This document shows positions 51,430 through 54,607 of a DNA stretch of 54,607 nt, one piece after another; the stretch's first letter is position 1, and every line of letters begins with the position of its first letter. Where the stretch lies: the NCBI GenBank assembly GCA_045588425.1, contig JAZNED010000120.1:1-54607 (forward strand). The letters are read 5' to 3'. The position numbers and the translations under genes are program-made. The DNA comes from Acutalibacteraceae bacterium (GTDB lineage: Bacteria > Bacillota > Clostridia > Oscillospirales > Acutalibacteraceae). The notes beneath the pieces are model-generated. The model worked only from the letters and a program-made list of their open reading frames with translations. It searched no databases and was not told the DNA's origin.

Positions 51430-51480
51430 GTACCCAACGCAAGCTTGCTTTAAAGCACTAAATTGAAAGGAAGATGCCCT

Positions 51481-53106
51481 ATGTCCCCCTGTATGTTACC
51501 AAAAATGGCGTTCCACCTCTCCCCTACGACGTGGATCACTATCCCCATGCTAATCGCTTTTTTTGGGCTGATGATCGGGGTGGGATTGGCCTGCCGCAAG
51601 CACTCCACCAACGTGGAGGGCTTTGTGCTGGGCGGTCGCGCCGTCGGTCCGTGGCTCACCGCCTTTGCTTTTGGCACCTCCTATTTCTCGGCAGTCATCT
51701 TTGTGGGCTATGCAGGGCAGTTTGGCTGGAACTTCGGTTTGGCATCCACTTGGATCGGTCTGGGAAACGCCTTTATTGGCTCATTGTTGGCCTGGTCGGT
51801 GTTAGGACGGCGCACCCGTGTGATGACCCAACACTTGGGCAGCAAAACCATGCCGGATTTCTTCGAGAAGCGATATGACTCCAAGAAATTAAAGGTAGTC
51901 GCTTCCTTTATTGTCTTTGTCTTCCTCATCCCCTATACCGCTTCGCTATATAATGGTCTTTCTTCCTTATTTAATAATGTATTCAGCATCCCCTACTGGC
52001 TGGTGGTGATGATCATGGCAATCCTCACCGGCGTGTACGTCATCTTTGGCGGCTATATGGCCACCGCTATCAACGACTTTATTCAAGGCATCATTATGCT
52101 GGTGGGTATCGTCACCGTCATCGCGGCGGTGCTGATGCAAAACGGTGGATTTAATGCCGCCGTGGAGGCTCTGAACACCAGTCCTCATGCTGGTCACGCC
52201 TACACCTCTATGTTCGGTCCCAATCCTCTGTTTCTCTTATTTGTGGTGCTATTAACTTCGCTGGGCACATGGGGACTGCCTCAGATGGTGGGCAAATTCT
52301 ACTCCATCAAGGACGAGGGATCTATCAAAAAAGGTACGATTATCTCCACCATTTTTGCCATTGTGGTAGCGGGTGGCTGCTACTTCCTCGGCGGTTTCGG
52401 CAAGCTGTACTTTGATGATATGCAGGCAGCCGGTCACATCTCTGAAAAAGGCGTGCTGTTTGATAAAGTCATCCCCACCATGTTGCAAGACTTAGCTCCT
52501 ATCGTAGTAGCTCTGATCATCGTGTTGGTGCTAGCCGCCTCTATGTCCACCCTCTCCTCGCTGGTGCTCACCTCCTCCTCCACCCTGACGCTGGACGTGG
52601 TAAAGCCTGCTGTGGAGAAGAAAAAGCGACTGAGCGAACAGCGCAGCGTACTGATCATGCGACTGTTTATCGTCTTCTTTGTGGCGGTATCGGCGGTCAT
52701 CGCCATCCTCAAGGATTCCGTGTGGAAAGACTCGGTGTTTATCGCCCAAATGATGGGCGTGTCCTGGGGTGCTCTGGCGGGTGCGTTCCTCGCCCCCTTC
52801 CTGTATGGTCTATACAGCAAAAAGGTCACCAAAGCAGCGGTGGCAGTCAGTTTTGCCTTTGGTACGGGACTGGAGATTGCGCAGCTGTGCATCAGTTTGG
52901 GCTGGCTATCGGTGAAGGGTATGCCGCCGCTGGAATTCGTGTTCACTAATTCCCTATACTCCGGCGTGTTCGCCATGTTGGGCGGATTGGTGCTGGTGCC
53001 GATTGTGAGTGCCTTTACTAAAAGATCTCTACCCGATAATATCGAAGAAAAATTCAGCTGTTACCACCAAACAGTAGTAACCACTTCAAAAACATCTCTT
53101 GGCTAA
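51481..53106 (+). CDS. Sodium:solute symporter family (SSF) transporter
   Basis: It has about 13 TM segments and SSF-type motifs (..FVLGGRAVGPWLTAFAFGTSYFSAV..). The ATG at 51481 lies 8 nt after GGAAG. Confidence 0.85.
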   Translation: MSPCMLPKMAFHLSPTTWITIPMLIAFFGLMIGVGLACRKHSTNVEGFVLGGRAVGPWLTAFAFGTSYFSAVIFVGYAGQFGWNFGLASTWIGLGNAFIGSLLAWSVLGRRTRVMTQHLGSKTMPDFFEKRYDSKKLKVVASFIVFVFLIPYTASLYNGLSSLFNNVFSIPYWLVVMIMAILTGVYVIFGGYMATAINDFIQGIIMLVGIVTVIAAVLMQNGGFNAAVEALNTSPHAGHAYTSMFGPNPLFLLFVVLLTSLGTWGLPQMVGKFYSIKDEGSIKKGTIISTIFAIVVAGGCYFLGGFGKLYFDDMQAAGHISEKGVLFDKVIPTMLQDLAPIVVALIIVLVLAASMSTLSSLVLTSSSTLTLDVVKPAVEKKKRLSEQRSVLIMRLFIVFFVAVSAVIAILKDSVWKDSVFIAQMMGVSWGALAGAFLAPFLYGLYSKKVTKAAVAVSFAFGTGLEIAQLCISLGWLSVKGMPPLEFVFTNSLYSGVFAMLGGLVLVPIVSAFTKRSLPDNIEEKFSCYHQTVVTTSKTSLG

Positions 53107-53110
53107 ACGC

Positions 53111-53144
53111 AAAGAGGCAAGCAGACTCATCTGCTTGCCTCTTT
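53111..53144. terminator. Bidirectional terminator between convergent genes
   Basis: The sequence is aaagaggcaagcag-actcat-ctgcttgcctcttt. Confidence 0.75.
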
Positions 53145-53154
53145 CTTATTGGTT

Positions 53155-54477
53155 TTATTTCTTTTTGCGGGTCAAAACAAGCGCAGCGGCAGTGAGCACA
53201 CCACCAACGACTAATACAATAGCTGCGATAATATACCAATTATCATTACCTTTTTTCACAATCGTCGCCTCCACCTTCTCCTCGTTCTTCAGCGGATTAG
53301 GAGCGGTCACCGAAGAAGAAGGCGTGGTCTCGGTGATGTCGGTGGGAGTTTCCACGGCGGGAGTGCTGGTAGTGGGATCTGTCACCTCGATACCCGTAGT
53401 GGCATCGCCAACGACAGGGACAGACGGCTCCGTCACGACAGGAGCAGCCGTAGTGCCGGCAGTGGTAGGTGTCTGCGTAGCGATAGGCTTTCCCGTCGTC
53501 GTGGTGGTAGTCGCCGTCGTCGTGGTAGTAGTAGGCTCCTCAGTAGTGGTCGCCTCGGTGGGACGGGTGGTGGTGGGGAACGCAAAACCATTGTCCAATG
53601 CCAAATCAACAAAGATGGGCTGATGGTCGGAAGCACCGGCCAAATCGCTATCGCGCACTACCGTGAAATACTTGGAGGTCACTCCCTCGGAATACAGCGC
53701 ATAGTCGATACCGCCGCGATTGTTGCTGTGGGAGGTCATGCCCGCCTGCTCGCGGATAATGGAAATCGGCTCATCATTAAAGCCGCTGTTGTAGTCACCG
53801 GTAGCGATGACAGGGCAACCGTAGGTCTCTTTGTAGTAGTTGATAGCCTCCGCCAACTCGGTGGCCTGCTGACGGCGCATTTTTTGGCCCTTGGCGTCCT
53901 TTTCAGCGTCCAAGTGGGTGCTGATAAAGACAAACTGCTCGCCGGTGGCTTTCACCTTAAACAGAGCCATACTGATATAGCGCATACGCTGAATGCAACC
54001 CCAATAGTTGCAGGAATAGCCATACAGCTCGCGGTCTACCAGCTCCAAGGTCTTGGTGTTGTACATCATAGTAGTGCACATCCAATCCTTTTTGCCCAGG
54101 CTCTCTTTCGCCTCTAAGGTAGAACTCAACGGCACGTCAGCGTTGACATAATCGTAATCCGGTAGGTTCTTACGCAAGGCAACGTGCCACTTATAGTTGT
54201 TCTCCTGCAGACCAATGACATCGGGTTTATAGTAATTGATAGCAGCAGCGGCTTTATCTCCACGGTCGGCGATCGGTTGACCCCAAGACCAGCCGCCCAA
54301 GTTCTCGTCGTTATCCACCAACGTGTTGTAGGACATCACGCGGATGTCCGCACCGGAGGTGAGGGTTTGAGCACTGTTTCCGGTATAAGCAGACACCGAA
54401 ACACCGCCAAACAACAAAGTGATAGGCAGGATACCGCACAGAGCGGACATCAGGAACAAACGCAACATCTTTTTCAT
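53155..54477 (-). CDS. Secreted endonuclease/exonuclease/phosphatase (EEP) family protein with Thr-rich linker and C-terminal TM anchor
   Basis: The order is signal peptide, EEP motifs (..IRVMSYN.., ..GLQE.., ..GDYN.., ..SDHQP..), a poly-Thr/Pro linker and a C-terminal hydrophobic helix ending in RKKK. Confidence 0.8.
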   Translation of the reverse strand: MKKMLRLFLMSALCGILPITLLFGGVSVSAYTGNSAQTLTSGADIRVMSYNTLVDNDENLGGWSWGQPIADRGDKAAAAINYYKPDVIGLQENNYKWHVALRKNLPDYDYVNADVPLSSTLEAKESLGKKDWMCTTMMYNTKTLELVDRELYGYSCNYWGCIQRMRYISMALFKVKATGEQFVFISTHLDAEKDAKGQKMRRQQATELAEAINYYKETYGCPVIATGDYNSGFNDEPISIIREQAGMTSHSNNRGGIDYALYSEGVTSKYFTVVRDSDLAGASDHQPIFVDLALDNGFAFPTTTRPTEATTTEEPTTTTTTATTTTTTGKPIATQTPTTAGTTAAPVVTEPSVPVVGDATTGIEVTDPTTSTPAVETPTDITETTPSSSVTAPNPLKNEEKVEATIVKKGNDNWYIIAAIVLVVGGVLTAAALVLTRKKK

Positions 54478-54607
54478 TGGTTAATACCTCCCGCATTTAG
54501 AACTGGATATATTATAACATATTCCTATAGATAGAGCAAGAGGAAAAAGAAAGACGCGGAGCCCCAAAAAGGGGGCGGGGGGTCCGTTAAATTAGGTTTT
54601 CTCCGTT

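Noticed and set aside
53440-53570. Repetitive GTCGTCGTGGTGGTAGT-type DNA, considered as a possible CRISPR or tandem non-coding repeat.
   Set aside because: It is the in-frame poly-Thr/Pro linker of the EEP protein. No spacer-repeat organisation occurs anywhere in the window.

Overview
The window is 54.6 kb of GC-rich chromosome from a spore-forming Firmicute, probably Clostridia (Oscillospiraceae/Ruminococcaceae-like). This call rests on spoIIGA-sigE, T-box leaders, a tandem glycine riboswitch and Gram-positive RBS/promoter signals. Most of it is ordinary core genome. It carries a PadR-DUF1700-DUF4097 operon, tRNA-Leu(GAG), rex, trmK, T-box-controlled type-2 ileS and an ECF sigma/anti-sigma pair. 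It also carries lexA with an SOS box, a Na/Pi symporter, an EF-G paralog, a DUF1836-NfeD-flotillin operon and a large BspA-type LRR surface protein. Further genes are galK plus a sugar-1-P nucleotidyltransferase, AraC, spoIIGA-sigE, ydbS/ydbT-like PH-domain genes, tlyA and a BlaI/BlaR1-like module. The rest is a riboswitch-controlled alanine/glycine symporter, peptidases (M24, PepD), an aromatic 2-oxoacid cluster (acyl-CoA ligase-iorA-iorB, then paaK-ACT), a Na:solute symporter and a secreted EEP nuclease/phosphatase. No CRISPR array, transposase, integrase, rRNA or recognisable defence system is present. Six things are worth a second look. (1) A Phe-specifier T-box sits in front of paaK-ACT beside iorAB. 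(2) A nearly identical promoter/operator module (TTGACA-N6-CTTTAAAGTG-N-TAAAGT) occurs at three promoters of amino-acid transport/catabolism genes. (3) The BlaI/BlaR1-like system has a roughly 900-aa non-PBP sensor built from modules shared with the neighbouring gene. (4) A 274-bp element bounded by inverted repeats is inserted exactly between paaK and its ACT partner. (5) There are several families of intergenic multi-hairpin repeats, including T-arm-like tandem units. (6) Two small AT-rich islets look foreign. All calls come from reading the sequence and ORF translations. No database search or folding program was run.
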